Shown: in pieces, positions 41,234 through 49,885 of the stretch
Position numbering within the stretch: the first letter of the stretch is position 1
How the letters are laid out: each line of letters opens with the position of its first letter
NCBI GenBank assembly: GCA_963787835.1
Contig: CAWBEI010000002.1
Span: 384,001-448,000 of the forward strand
Length of the DNA stretch: 64,000 nucleotides
Direction of reading: 5' to 3'
Origin: Ignavibacteriota bacterium
Lineage (GTDB): Bacteria; Bacteroidota; Ignavibacteria; Palsa-1295
Notes under the pieces: generated by a model
The model's database searches: none
What the model saw: the letters and a program-made list of their open reading frames with translations, nothing else
What the model was told of the DNA's origin: nothing
Program-made: the position numbers and the translations under genes

Positions 41234-41618
41234 TTATTTCAGCTCGACCTTCGCGCCGGCGTCTTCAAGTTTCTTCTTCAACGCTTCGGCGTCCGCCTTC
41301 GGAAGTCCTTCCTTGACGGGCTTCGGTGCGCCATCTACGAGGTCCTTCGCCTCTTTCAGGCCCAGACCCGTCGCTTCACGAACGGCCTTGATGACGTTGA
41401 TCTTCGATGCGCCGCCATCGGCGAGGATTACATCGAATTCCGTCTTCTCTTCAACGGCGGCTGCGGGAGCTCCGCCGCCGGCTGCCCGGCATCATGCCCA
41501 TCATCATCGGGGCTGATGCGGTTACGCCGAACTTCTCTTCGAGTGCTTTTTTGAGGTCAGCGGCTTCGCCAAGCGTCAGCGCGCTGATCTGTTCTACGAT
41601 TGCATTAATATCTGCCAT
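41234..41618 (-). CDS. rplL: 50S ribosomal protein L7/L12 (apparent +1 frameshift at 41485-41487; missed by ORF track)
   Basis: [34 protein letters not shown]...[10 protein letters not shown]...[27 protein letters not shown]...GAKVELK. Confidence 0.95.
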
Positions 41619-41726
41619 GGTTGTATTACGGTTTTAAATGGTTAAAAATGTGTTTGCTTCCTTTGCAGTGGATAGTTGACAGTGTTTAGTGGATAGTGTT
41701 AAATTCCAAAACTATCCACTCCTCCA

Positions 41727-42272
41727 CTATCCGTTATCCGTTACCGCAGAGGCTTTCTTCTTCTCGATCGCATCGACGAGATAGACGATATCTCGCTGCA
41801 ATGCGCCCAATGCGCCAACGATCCCCTGCATCGGAGCATTCAAGCTGCCCAGGATGCTAGCGATCACTTCCTTCTTCGACGGTAACGCCGCAACTTTCTT
41901 GAGATCCGTGCCGGGGAACGTTTGTCCCTCGACATAAGCAAGCTTGAGCGCCGGCTTATCCTGGTTCTTCTCAATAAAATCACGAAGGATCCGCGCCGGA
42001 GCCACGGGATCGTCAAAGCCGAACGCTACGCCCGTCTGACGAACAAGCGCCTTCCGAAGGTCATCGGTCAGGCGGCCAGAATCATCGAGAGCGCGGCGAA
42101 GCAGCGTGTTCTTCCCTACTTTGAAGGATAGCCCTGCGTTACGCAGTTCGTTTCGCAGACGCGTGGTCTGCTCGACGGTCATTCCCTCGAAGTCGGTGAA
42201 GTACATGCCGGTCGATCGGTCGATCACTTCACGGAGTTCCGCTACGGAACTCTCTTTTTCTTCGCGTGTCAT
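41727..42272 (-). CDS. rplJ: 50S ribosomal protein L10
   Basis: DFEGMTV.Q...LR..LR, KVGKNTLLRRAL, A.LPSK.E; upstream of rplL. Confidence 0.96.
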   Translation of the reverse strand: MTREEKESSVAELREVIDRSTGMYFTDFEGMTVEQTTRLRNELRNAGLSFKVGKNTLLRRALDDSGRLTDDLRKALVRQTGVAFGFDDPVAPARILRDFIEKNQDKPALKLAYVEGQTFPGTDLKKVAALPSKKEVIASILGSLNAPMQGIVGALGALQRDIVYLVDAIEKKKASAVTDNG

Positions 42273-42394
42273 GTAATGTAGCGCAAACTTCAGTTTGCGA
42301 TTTATGCCTTTGACAATACTGTTGCATACTCTGAAGTTAGAAGCTCTTCAAAATAAGCCATTTTTGCGAAGCATTTCGGCCCGTAACAACCAAA

Positions 42395-42445
42395 ATGATA
42401 CTCCCCGCAGGACGCAATAAGCAGACCCCCTGCTTCATCCGCCCT
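42395..42445 (-). promoter_or_regulatory. Putative L10 ribosomal leader
   Basis: minus strand GAAGCAGG...CTTATT...CCTGCGGGGAG resembles the GCAGG/TTA/CCTGC core of L10 leaders, ~130 nt upstream of rplJ. Confidence 0.5.
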
Positions 42446-42503
42446 TTGCCAAATAGCGCGCCATTAACCGAATGGGGTCAAGGATAGTTCTTTCCCCCGC
42501 TCG

Positions 42504-42754
42504 TTCATACTTCATAATTCATACTTCATAATTTCTTCCAGAAATAGGTGCCATTTTTCTTTCTTGTGAGTTCCCGGTTATCCACATCGCACCTATCGAA
42601 ATTCGCTCATTTTCGCCAATTTGTTCCAACAAGTGTTCATAATCGCCTTTCCCAAAGAACTAGTTCATAAAGAAACCCAAGAATTGTATTTGCTTAAAGA
42701 AATAGGTGCCTATTATCTCACTCACAATATACCACATCCAAATCATGAAAGCAA
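42504..42754 (-). repeat. ~200-bp dispersed non-coding element, copy B, with TTGCTT-N17-TATATT promoter
   Basis: GGCACCTATTTC direct repeats at 42710..42699 and 42552..42541; 32-nt heptamer tract identical to copy A. Confidence 0.7.
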
Positions 42755-42774
42755 GGAAATTCGAAATTATTTTT

Positions 42775-42925
42775 GTAAGCGCCGTTAGGTGCGGCCCGTT
42801 TGTAGAAAATAGATGTCCATTGAACGATCAAGCGCCGAAGGAGAGGCCAGCGTTAGGCCGCTCCTTCGGAGCTTGGGGTGGTAATGCGATAACCGTTTCT
42901 ACAAACGGGCCACGCCTACGGCGTT
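42775..42925. repeat. MITE/REP-like long inverted repeat
   Basis: cgccgttaggtgcggcccgtttgtagaaa ... tttctacaaacgggccacgcctacggcg. Confidence 0.75.
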
Positions 42926-42986
42926 ATCGGGAATGACACGAATCCATCCGCGTAATCCGCCCAGATCCGCGTAATCCAGGTTCAGA

Positions 42987-45170
42987 CTATTTCTTCACCA
43001 CCGGCACCGTCTCCACCTGCCCATTCATGCGAACGACGCATTCATAAGCCCCTTGTGTAGCGTAGCCATTCTTGCCTGCGTCCCAGGCGAAGGAATGCTC
43101 CCCCGCACCCAGCTCACCCGAAAACAGCCGCGCAACCTCCACGCCAAGCATATTCACAATGGAGACATCCGCATATCCGGCAGCTTGGGAGGTAAAGGTG
43201 ACTTCAGTGGATTGGGAGAAAGGGTTGGGGTAGATTTGAATTTCAGATTTAGTTGATGCTGGTGGTTGCGCAACGGAACTAATTCCGAAATCGGAAAGCG
43301 GACGGCGCCAGACAGTTGAATCCGTTCCGGCAAATAAGTTAACCCCATCCGTTGTGAGAGACAGTGCCGTGCGATATAGCCCGGTAGGAATCCAAGTAGT
43401 CCCATTGTCAGAACTTGAATATACGTCTGGGTGTCCAGCCACATAATGATCTACACTGTCATATTCAATCGGACTTACAAAAACATAATTTTGTACAACA
43501 AGAATTGAAGCTATATCACCTTTAAAGATTGCAGTGTCCATTCGTTTCCACGCGGTTCCTCCATCGAATGAGCGACAAAAGCCTTCAACGGGATTTCCAT
43601 TGCCAACGTTGGGATATCCATCGGCAAATAGAACGAAACCGTTTGCCGCAACATGATAAACATACTCATCCTTAAATAATGAATCGTTTTCTCCCCATGA
43701 ACTACCCTCATCAAGTGATACTGCAATGCCGCTTAAAGTTCCAACGAATAGTGCTGAATCAATCCGCGCAAACTCATCTGAAGTCGCATTATTCAAACCA
43801 GACGTGCCGTCCCAGGTCGTTCCACTATCGGTGGAACGAAGAACTCCACTTCGAGAACTACACAGCATTAATGGTCCCTGTACAAAAAAGCCGTTGACAA
43901 AAGCACCATCACTGCCGATCGTCATTGTCGATTCAATCCCTTGATCGGATGATTCTGATATGCCGGGGCTCAATCCGGCAAACAAACGTGGGCTATTCGA
44001 TGCCAATGAAGAGATATACATGGTATTGTCTAATCCATGACTACGATCTGACCACTCAGAGCTATCGACATTGCATGCAAAAAGTCCATTCGAATTACAC
44101 GCAAAGATTTGAGAATCTAAGTAAGTAATTGCTGCAACGGAAGAGGGCAAACCCTGATTGGAGGCTTTCCAAGTGCTACCCATTTCGTGAGAAAGAAAAA
44201 TCCCGCGCGGAGTTCCAGCAATGAGATCGTGATTGCTCGCAGTTATGTGAGCGGCATCTATGTATATGTTTGGCGGGCTTGATATAATATCGCTATCGAC
44301 ATAACTCCACGTCTTGAGTGTGTCTTCTGAACGTACAATGTGATGACTCGAAAGGATTGCGAATATCACAGCACCAACTGGGAATAGATTCTCTACCCAT
44401 TCACCATTCGGTGAGTGAATAATTGGGTTCCAGGTGCTCCCACTATCATCTGATCGATAGACAGCGCTATCAATACTCGCATATAACCTGTCCGCGTAGT
44501 TGATAATCGAACTTGCTATTTTGTACGAATGGTTGATCGAATCCCATGTCCATCCATTATCACGTGAGCGGTATATGCCACTGTATTGATAATACGGAAG
44601 ATCGTCGTCAGGGTCGACAACGCTCACGACAATATTTTGACCAATACTTGCGATTGCGGATGTGCTTGCGTAACGAATCGGGTAGGGCGCGGTAAGCCAT
44701 GCTTGAGAGATTGCATCATAATGGCCCATTCCTTCGGAAGATCCAATAAAAAATTGTGAGTCTACAATGAGCAACGGCGATCCGGTGGCATAACGTAACC
44801 CTGGAACCGTATCCCATGAAGTTCCGAAATTATGAGATTGAAGAACTCCAATACTTGTTGTGGCATACAGCACAGAATCGACAAGGTCAAAAGCAGCAAC
44901 CTGTGTGGTCTGCGTTTGAGGCCATTGCTTAAAGAAGCGAGAAGTATCTTGGAACCATGTTGCACCTCCATCCAAAGAATGAAAGAGACCGTTCCAGTAA
45001 ATACCGTTCCATTGAACGTCTGCTAAGACGGTATCACCCTTAGAGATGATTGGACCAATCGGATTACAAGCAGGTCCTTGCATAGAAACCCACTGCGCGC
45101 GTAGCACACACGTCGGCATCACCGCGAGCGCGGCAAAGAGGGTGAGTGCGAGAAGGCGTTTCGGGAACAT
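42987..45170 (-). CDS. T9SS cargo with BNR/Asp-box repeats
   Basis: Signal ..LRAQW; S.D.G.TW repeats; CTD IYPNPFSQST; low-GC core. Confidence 0.9.
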   Translation of the reverse strand: MFPKRLLALTLFAALAVMPTCVLRAQWVSMQGPACNPIGPIISKGDTVLADVQWNGIYWNGLFHSLDGGATWFQDTSRFFKQWPQTQTTQVAAFDLVDSVLYATTSIGVLQSHNFGTSWDTVPGLRYATGSPLLIVDSQFFIGSSEGMGHYDAISQAWLTAPYPIRYASTSAIASIGQNIVVSVVDPDDDLPYYQYSGIYRSRDNGWTWDSINHSYKIASSIINYADRLYASIDSAVYRSDDSGSTWNPIIHSPNGEWVENLFPVGAVIFAILSSHHIVRSEDTLKTWSYVDSDIISSPPNIYIDAAHITASNHDLIAGTPRGIFLSHEMGSTWKASNQGLPSSVAAITYLDSQIFACNSNGLFACNVDSSEWSDRSHGLDNTMYISSLASNSPRLFAGLSPGISESSDQGIESTMTIGSDGAFVNGFFVQGPLMLCSSRSGVLRSTDSGTTWDGTSGLNNATSDEFARIDSALFVGTLSGIAVSLDEGSSWGENDSLFKDEYVYHVAANGFVLFADGYPNVGNGNPVEGFCRSFDGGTAWKRMDTAIFKGDIASILVVQNYVFVSPIEYDSVDHYVAGHPDVYSSSDNGTTWIPTGLYRTALSLTTDGVNLFAGTDSTVWRRPLSDFGISSVAQPPASTKSEIQIYPNPFSQSTEVTFTSQAAGYADVSIVNMLGVEVARLFSGELGAGEHSFAWDAGKNGYATQGAYECVVRMNGQVETVPVVKK

Positions 45171-45265
45171 CGTTAAAATGAAAAACAAAACGGTAGCCAA
45201 TAGTGCCCGGAAATGTCTGAACCGGGATTTTTGTGATGAATGGGATTATTGGGATGGGGGATATT

Positions 45266-45489
45266 AGTGCCGGAGGCACGGAGTACTCGCAGCCCAGGGT
45301 GAAGTCCGCTCCCAGCGGACGGAACCCTGGGTTAACCAAGACCAGAGGTAACCTAGCCCTGAAAGGGCTGAGTCAAACCAGCGGAATTAACATCGCCCTT
45401 TCAGGGCTATAACCTCCAAATCCGATCATAACCCAGGGTTCCGCTTCGCTTCACCCTGGGCTATCGGGTACTTCGTCGCTACGCGACTT
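45266..45489. repeat. AGCCCTGAAAGGGC-type MITE/REP-like inverted repeat
   Basis: agcccagggtgaag...aaccctgggtt...agccctgaaagggc / gccctttcagggct...aacccagggtt...cttcaccctgggct. Confidence 0.8.
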
Positions 45490-45554
45490 TGGGACGCTAT
45501 CTGAACCGCACGCGCTCCCTCGTAGTTTATGTACCCTTCGAATAAAACAACTAC

Positions 45555-47036
45555 ATGGCCGAAGACAAACTAACAAAACGAAGCGAAGATTTTAGCGCGT
45601 GGTATAACGAGATCGTGCAGCGAGCCGAGCTGGCGGAGCATTCGCCGGTGCGCGGCTGCATGGTCATTCGCCCGAACGGATATGGCATCTGGGAACTGAT
45701 GCAGCAGGCACTCGACCGTATGTTCAAAGAAACGGGACATCAGAATGCGTACTTCCCACTCTTCATTCCACAATCATTCATCACCAAGGAAGCCTCGCAT
45801 GTTGAAGGCTTTTCGCCCGAACTGGCCGTCGTGACCATCGGAGGTGGGAAGGAATTGGAGGAACCGCTGGTCGTTCGTCCGACTTCAGAAACCATTATCT
45901 ATTCGATGTTCGCAAAATGGGTGCAATCCTACCGCGATCTGCCCATTTTGATGAATCAATGGGCGAATGTCGTCCGCTGGGAAATGCGGACACGGCTGTT
46001 CCTTCGCACGATGGAATTTTTATGGCAGGAAGGTCACACCGCACACGAGACTGAGCAACAAGCCGAAGAAGAGGCGCTGAAAATGCTCGGCGTATATCGC
46101 ACGTTCATGGAAGATTATCTCGCCATGCCCGTTATCATCGGACTTAAGACCGATAGCGAACGCTTCGCCGGCGCGCTCCGCACGTTTTCCACCGAAGCAC
46201 TCATGCAGGATAATAAAGCGCTGCAAAACGGCACCAGCCATAACCTCGGCCAAAATTTTGCGAAGGCATTCGAGCTGCAATTCCAGTCGCGCGACGGGAA
46301 CCTGGAATATGCGTGGAACACCTCCTGGGGCGTTTCGACACGTATGGTCGGCGGTCTCATCATGACGCATTCGGATGATGATGGACTCGTTACCCCACCG
46401 CGCGTTGCGCCGTTGCAGCTTGTCATCGTTCCCATTTTCAAGACCGACGAAGAAAAAGCCATAGTAATGATCGCCGCAGACGAAGTCTTCCGTGAAATGA
46501 AAGCCGCCGGCATTCGCACAAAGCTCGATGACCGCGATTCCCTCAGCCCTGGCGCGAAATTTTACGATTGGGAGCTAAAAGGCGTTCCATTACGTATGGA
46601 GATCGGCCCAAAGGACGTCCAAAACAATTCCGTCGTTTTAGTTCCTCGCGTTCTTTTGGACAGCGAAGAAGCGCCAAAACCGGGAAGAAAGCAAAAGCTC
46701 TTTCTTAAGAGAGAAGAGCTTGCTACCCGCATTCCAAACCTGCTCGATGCGTTGCAGAACCAACTTCTGCAAAATGCACTCACCCGCCGCGAAGCAAATA
46801 GCACCCGCGGTGTAACGAGCTATGAAGAAATGAAAGCTCTCATTGAACGCGATGCTGGATTTATCTACGCAGGTTTCTGCGGTTCTGCTGCCTGCGAGGC
46901 CAAAGTGAAAGAGGAGACGAAAGCAACGATCCGCGTGCTGCCATTCCCGGAATTTCAGAGCGCAACCAAACCAACAACTTGCGTAGTGTGCGGCTCGCCC
47001 TCAAAGCACGAGGCGGTGTGGGCGAAATCGTATTGA
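45555..47036 (+). CDS. proS: Proline--tRNA ligase (archaeal/eukaryote type)
   Basis: DFSAWY.EIV, VRGCMVIRP.GY.IWE, VRPTSET, FLRT.EFLWQEGHT, GTSHNLGQNF, WGVSTR, C-terminal AKSY. Confidence 0.97.
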   Translation: MAEDKLTKRSEDFSAWYNEIVQRAELAEHSPVRGCMVIRPNGYGIWELMQQALDRMFKETGHQNAYFPLFIPQSFITKEASHVEGFSPELAVVTIGGGKELEEPLVVRPTSETIIYSMFAKWVQSYRDLPILMNQWANVVRWEMRTRLFLRTMEFLWQEGHTAHETEQQAEEEALKMLGVYRTFMEDYLAMPVIIGLKTDSERFAGALRTFSTEALMQDNKALQNGTSHNLGQNFAKAFELQFQSRDGNLEYAWNTSWGVSTRMVGGLIMTHSDDDGLVTPPRVAPLQLVIVPIFKTDEEKAIVMIAADEVFREMKAAGIRTKLDDRDSLSPGAKFYDWELKGVPLRMEIGPKDVQNNSVVLVPRVLLDSEEAPKPGRKQKLFLKREELATRIPNLLDALQNQLLQNALTRREANSTRGVTSYEEMKALIERDAGFIYAGFCGSAACEAKVKEETKATIRVLPFPEFQSATKPTTCVVCGSPSKHEAVWAKSY

Positions 47037-47113
47037 TCGGACGTTCTTTCCTGTTTTAGAGGGGTTGCTGGAAATTATTCGTAATTTCCAGTTTGTCGTT
47101 CATAAAAGTCCTC

Positions 47114-47956
47114 ATGCGCGTCCTCCTTCTGCTCCTTCTCTTCACTGGTACAGGTGCACGTTCGGCGTTCGCCCAAATTTTCGGCACGATCACCGATTCG
47201 CCGCGCTCGCTTGGGCTAAGCCGAAGTGATGTTGCCGATGTGCATGACGAGTGGGTTCCCAACCCGGCCTTGCGTGTCGATACCGCTTCGCATCTCCGCG
47301 TAACGCTGTGGCCCGCACCGTTGAGCCTTCCGGGAAGTTATAGCGCCGGCGTTGCGGGAGATATACCCCTGGATTCACTCTGGCTCACCGGTGCATCGTT
47401 CAGCCGGTATCAATGGACAGATTCCTATTCCTGGCAATTTTTTGGTGTTCAGGCTTCGCGAGTGTTCAATGTTAGTGGTGGTGGTGATACAGGGCGACAT
47501 GCTGTTGCTGGTATTCGCCTTCGCTATGCGCAGGAAAATTTCGGAACGGAATATTTGCCACTGAGCGATATCGGCGTCGATCTTGGCGCAAGCCTGGATC
47601 TTTTTCCAAGGCTCACACTTGCGGCTGCGGTCACGCATCTCGTCAGCCTCTATAATAGTTACGGCGATTCGGTCGAAGACCGCGAGGCGTGGCTGGGTCT
47701 TTCCTATCGGCCAACGAACGATCTCACGATCGATGCCTCGTTCGAATCGAGTGAGGATGAATCTCCGGCATTTCTCGGCGGCGTCGAGTACGCGCTTGAC
47801 CCCCACATTTATGTGCGCGCTGGAACCAATACGGGGAACGGGCAGATCACTGCTGGAATTGGCGTCACGGCGGATAGTTTCTCTGCCGATTTCGCAGCGA
47901 TCCGTCATCCTGATCTGGGAACATCCATCAGCATTGCCATTGGCTTCGCGCTGTGA
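47114..47956 (+). CDS. Outer-membrane beta-barrel protein, PorV/PorQ-like
   Basis: Signal peptide; PRSLGL...NPA; LGGVEY, VRAG, HPDLGTS; alternating beta strands. Confidence 0.6.
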   Translation: MRVLLLLLLFTGTGARSAFAQIFGTITDSPRSLGLSRSDVADVHDEWVPNPALRVDTASHLRVTLWPAPLSLPGSYSAGVAGDIPLDSLWLTGASFSRYQWTDSYSWQFFGVQASRVFNVSGGGDTGRHAVAGIRLRYAQENFGTEYLPLSDIGVDLGASLDLFPRLTLAAAVTHLVSLYNSYGDSVEDREAWLGLSYRPTNDLTIDASFESSEDESPAFLGGVEYALDPHIYVRAGTNTGNGQITAGIGVTADSFSADFAAIRHPDLGTSISIAIGFAL

Positions 47957-49875
47957 GTGCAGCCGCTCGCGCGATGCGGCGAGTATGTATGCTATGCCTT
48001 ACGGCAGCGATCGTTGTGCTTCATTGCAAATGCTCGATCGCGCAATCTCTTCCCGATTCCAACGACATCGAAGCACGCCGAATTTTTGATATTCCCGGAA
48101 CCACAAGTATTGACCCTGATGAAACGCTGGAATATCTCGATGAGCTTGCTACGCAAACAGGGAATAATTTAGAGCGGCTTCATGCCAATGCCGATGTCTC
48201 CTGGACGGAAGCGCGCCGGGAACTGTGGGCGAAGCATTACACTCCCTTCGCAAGCGCAGATTCGACTGCCAGCTTTTCTCTTCGCAGTCGCGTTTCATCC
48301 CCATTCGATCCCGAAGCGCAGCCAGCCTATACCGACGGCGAATATTTAGGCGGGCCGACGGCCTATTACAATCGTATTATTGCTCGGTCTCAGGTACTCG
48401 AAGTAAGCGCACTTGAACAAAAGCAAGCCGGAGAGGCAAGCTTTACCGATCATCTCACTGGGTTTGCAGAGATCCCGAACGCTATTCCCATTGCCGGGTC
48501 TCTTATCCTCGAAAAAGCTGTTGTTGGCGATTATGCTCTCGCGTTTGGGAACGGCCTCCTGTTCGGAGGGGGACTTGCAAGCGCAAAAGCGCTTCACGCC
48601 GCAAGCGGCATTGAGGAACGTTCCTTTGGCTTGCGCGGAACGGTGAACGGAACTACTAAAGATCTTCGAGGCGCAGCTATCGAGCTTGCCGATGGTCCCG
48701 GACATCTTCTGCTCTTCGCATCCGACCGCCCCTTCGATGCGAAAGTCGTAAATGATACTATCGACAGCATCTATTCTACATCATATCACAGAACGGAAAG
48801 CGAACTTGCTGTGGAAAATGCCGCGTCCGCAACCACTCTCGGAGCACGACTGGAAATGGCGACAGCGGATACTGCTAATCTCTATCTTAAAGCCGGCGTA
48901 ACAGGTTGTGAACTCCGCTTCGATCATCCATATATTGGCACGAAGAGTGCGCCGTTCAGTGGTTCTCAACTTGATCTGGCTGGCGCAGATGCACTTGCCA
49001 TGAGCGGCGAGTGGACCGCAATTGCCGAGGCTGCGCACTCCGTGAACGATACATCCGCACAAACGGCGCTATTATTTTCAACTATTTTCAATCCAGAGAA
49101 AAATGTTGCATTCTCACTTAACTATCGGCACATTCCCTTCGGCTTTGAATCGCCATTCGGCGAGATCTCGGGAACTGCGGCATCCTCTCTATCCAATCTA
49201 GATGGATATTATATTGGTGTCGAGCTTTCGCCGATCCCCGAGCACCTTCGCATGAACGCATACTCACAATTCGAAAGCGAGCTTGTTCCGTTAGGCGATC
49301 TTTTCGGGAAACAGAAGTATGATTACCTTGCTTCTGCTTCCTATCGTGCAACCAGTGCGCTCGATCTCAAAGCCACTGCGCGCGACCAGGAGAACGCAAG
49401 CACTGTTTCTGATAATGGCACCGTTACCTTGCCAGGCCAAACACTGAACCTTCAGCTCGAAGCGGCCTATCATCCGGGTGCCGATGCAACCCTCCGAACA
49501 CGGTTCGATCATATACATTATTCTCTGGTGACTAAAGAAGATGGCTGGCAAGCCTCGGAGGAAGTGAGAATAAAAATTCCAACCATTAAGTCAGAGCTAA
49601 CCGTGACCACCACTCGATTTCAAACTCCTTCTGCAAATTCTGCGGTCTCTTCGTATGAAACTGGTTCACCGGGAACGGCTGTAATAAACTCGCTCGATGG
49701 ATTAGGTTGGCGTGTAGCGGCTCGCGGGACGGTTCACCCATGGCGTGCATTTGCTTTATCGGCCTATGTCGCCGGCACGATTTATGACCTTCCACGCACC
49801 ATCGGCAGCGGTGCCACGGCATACAACGGAACTTCAATGTTCACTGCGACCGTACAGATCGATGTGAGGCTCTAA
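47953..49875 (+). CDS. Outer-membrane beta-barrel of the Bacteroidota ComEA/HhH-associated family
   Basis: YLG.P...YNR, KQAGE..F.DH..GF, VVGDY.L.FGNGL, YHRTESEL, C-terminal Q.D..L. Confidence 0.6.
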   Translation: MSAAARAMRRVCMLCLTAAIVVLHCKCSIAQSLPDSNDIEARRIFDIPGTTSIDPDETLEYLDELATQTGNNLERLHANADVSWTEARRELWAKHYTPFASADSTASFSLRSRVSSPFDPEAQPAYTDGEYLGGPTAYYNRIIARSQVLEVSALEQKQAGEASFTDHLTGFAEIPNAIPIAGSLILEKAVVGDYALAFGNGLLFGGGLASAKALHAASGIEERSFGLRGTVNGTTKDLRGAAIELADGPGHLLLFASDRPFDAKVVNDTIDSIYSTSYHRTESELAVENAASATTLGARLEMATADTANLYLKAGVTGCELRFDHPYIGTKSAPFSGSQLDLAGADALAMSGEWTAIAEAAHSVNDTSAQTALLFSTIFNPEKNVAFSLNYRHIPFGFESPFGEISGTAASSLSNLDGYYIGVELSPIPEHLRMNAYSQFESELVPLGDLFGKQKYDYLASASYRATSALDLKATARDQENASTVSDNGTVTLPGQTLNLQLEAAYHPGADATLRTRFDHIHYSLVTKEDGWQASEEVRIKIPTIKSELTVTTTRFQTPSANSAVSSYETGSPGTAVINSLDGLGWRVAARGTVHPWRAFALSAYVAGTIYDLPRTIGSGATAYNGTSMFTATVQIDVRL

Positions 49876-49885
49876 CAAGCAATAA

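Noticed and set aside
41470-41500. Programmed frameshift in rplL
   Set aside because: No slippery heptamer; a one-base excess in a short G run is better explained by sequencing error
42578-42586. oriC from a perfect DnaA box TTATCCACA
   Set aside because: Single box, not conserved in the other element copy; nearby CTATCCAC motifs belong to heptamer repeats
45266-45489. Autonomous IS element or tRNA
   Set aside because: No transposase ORF and no cloverleaf; treated as non-autonomous repeat
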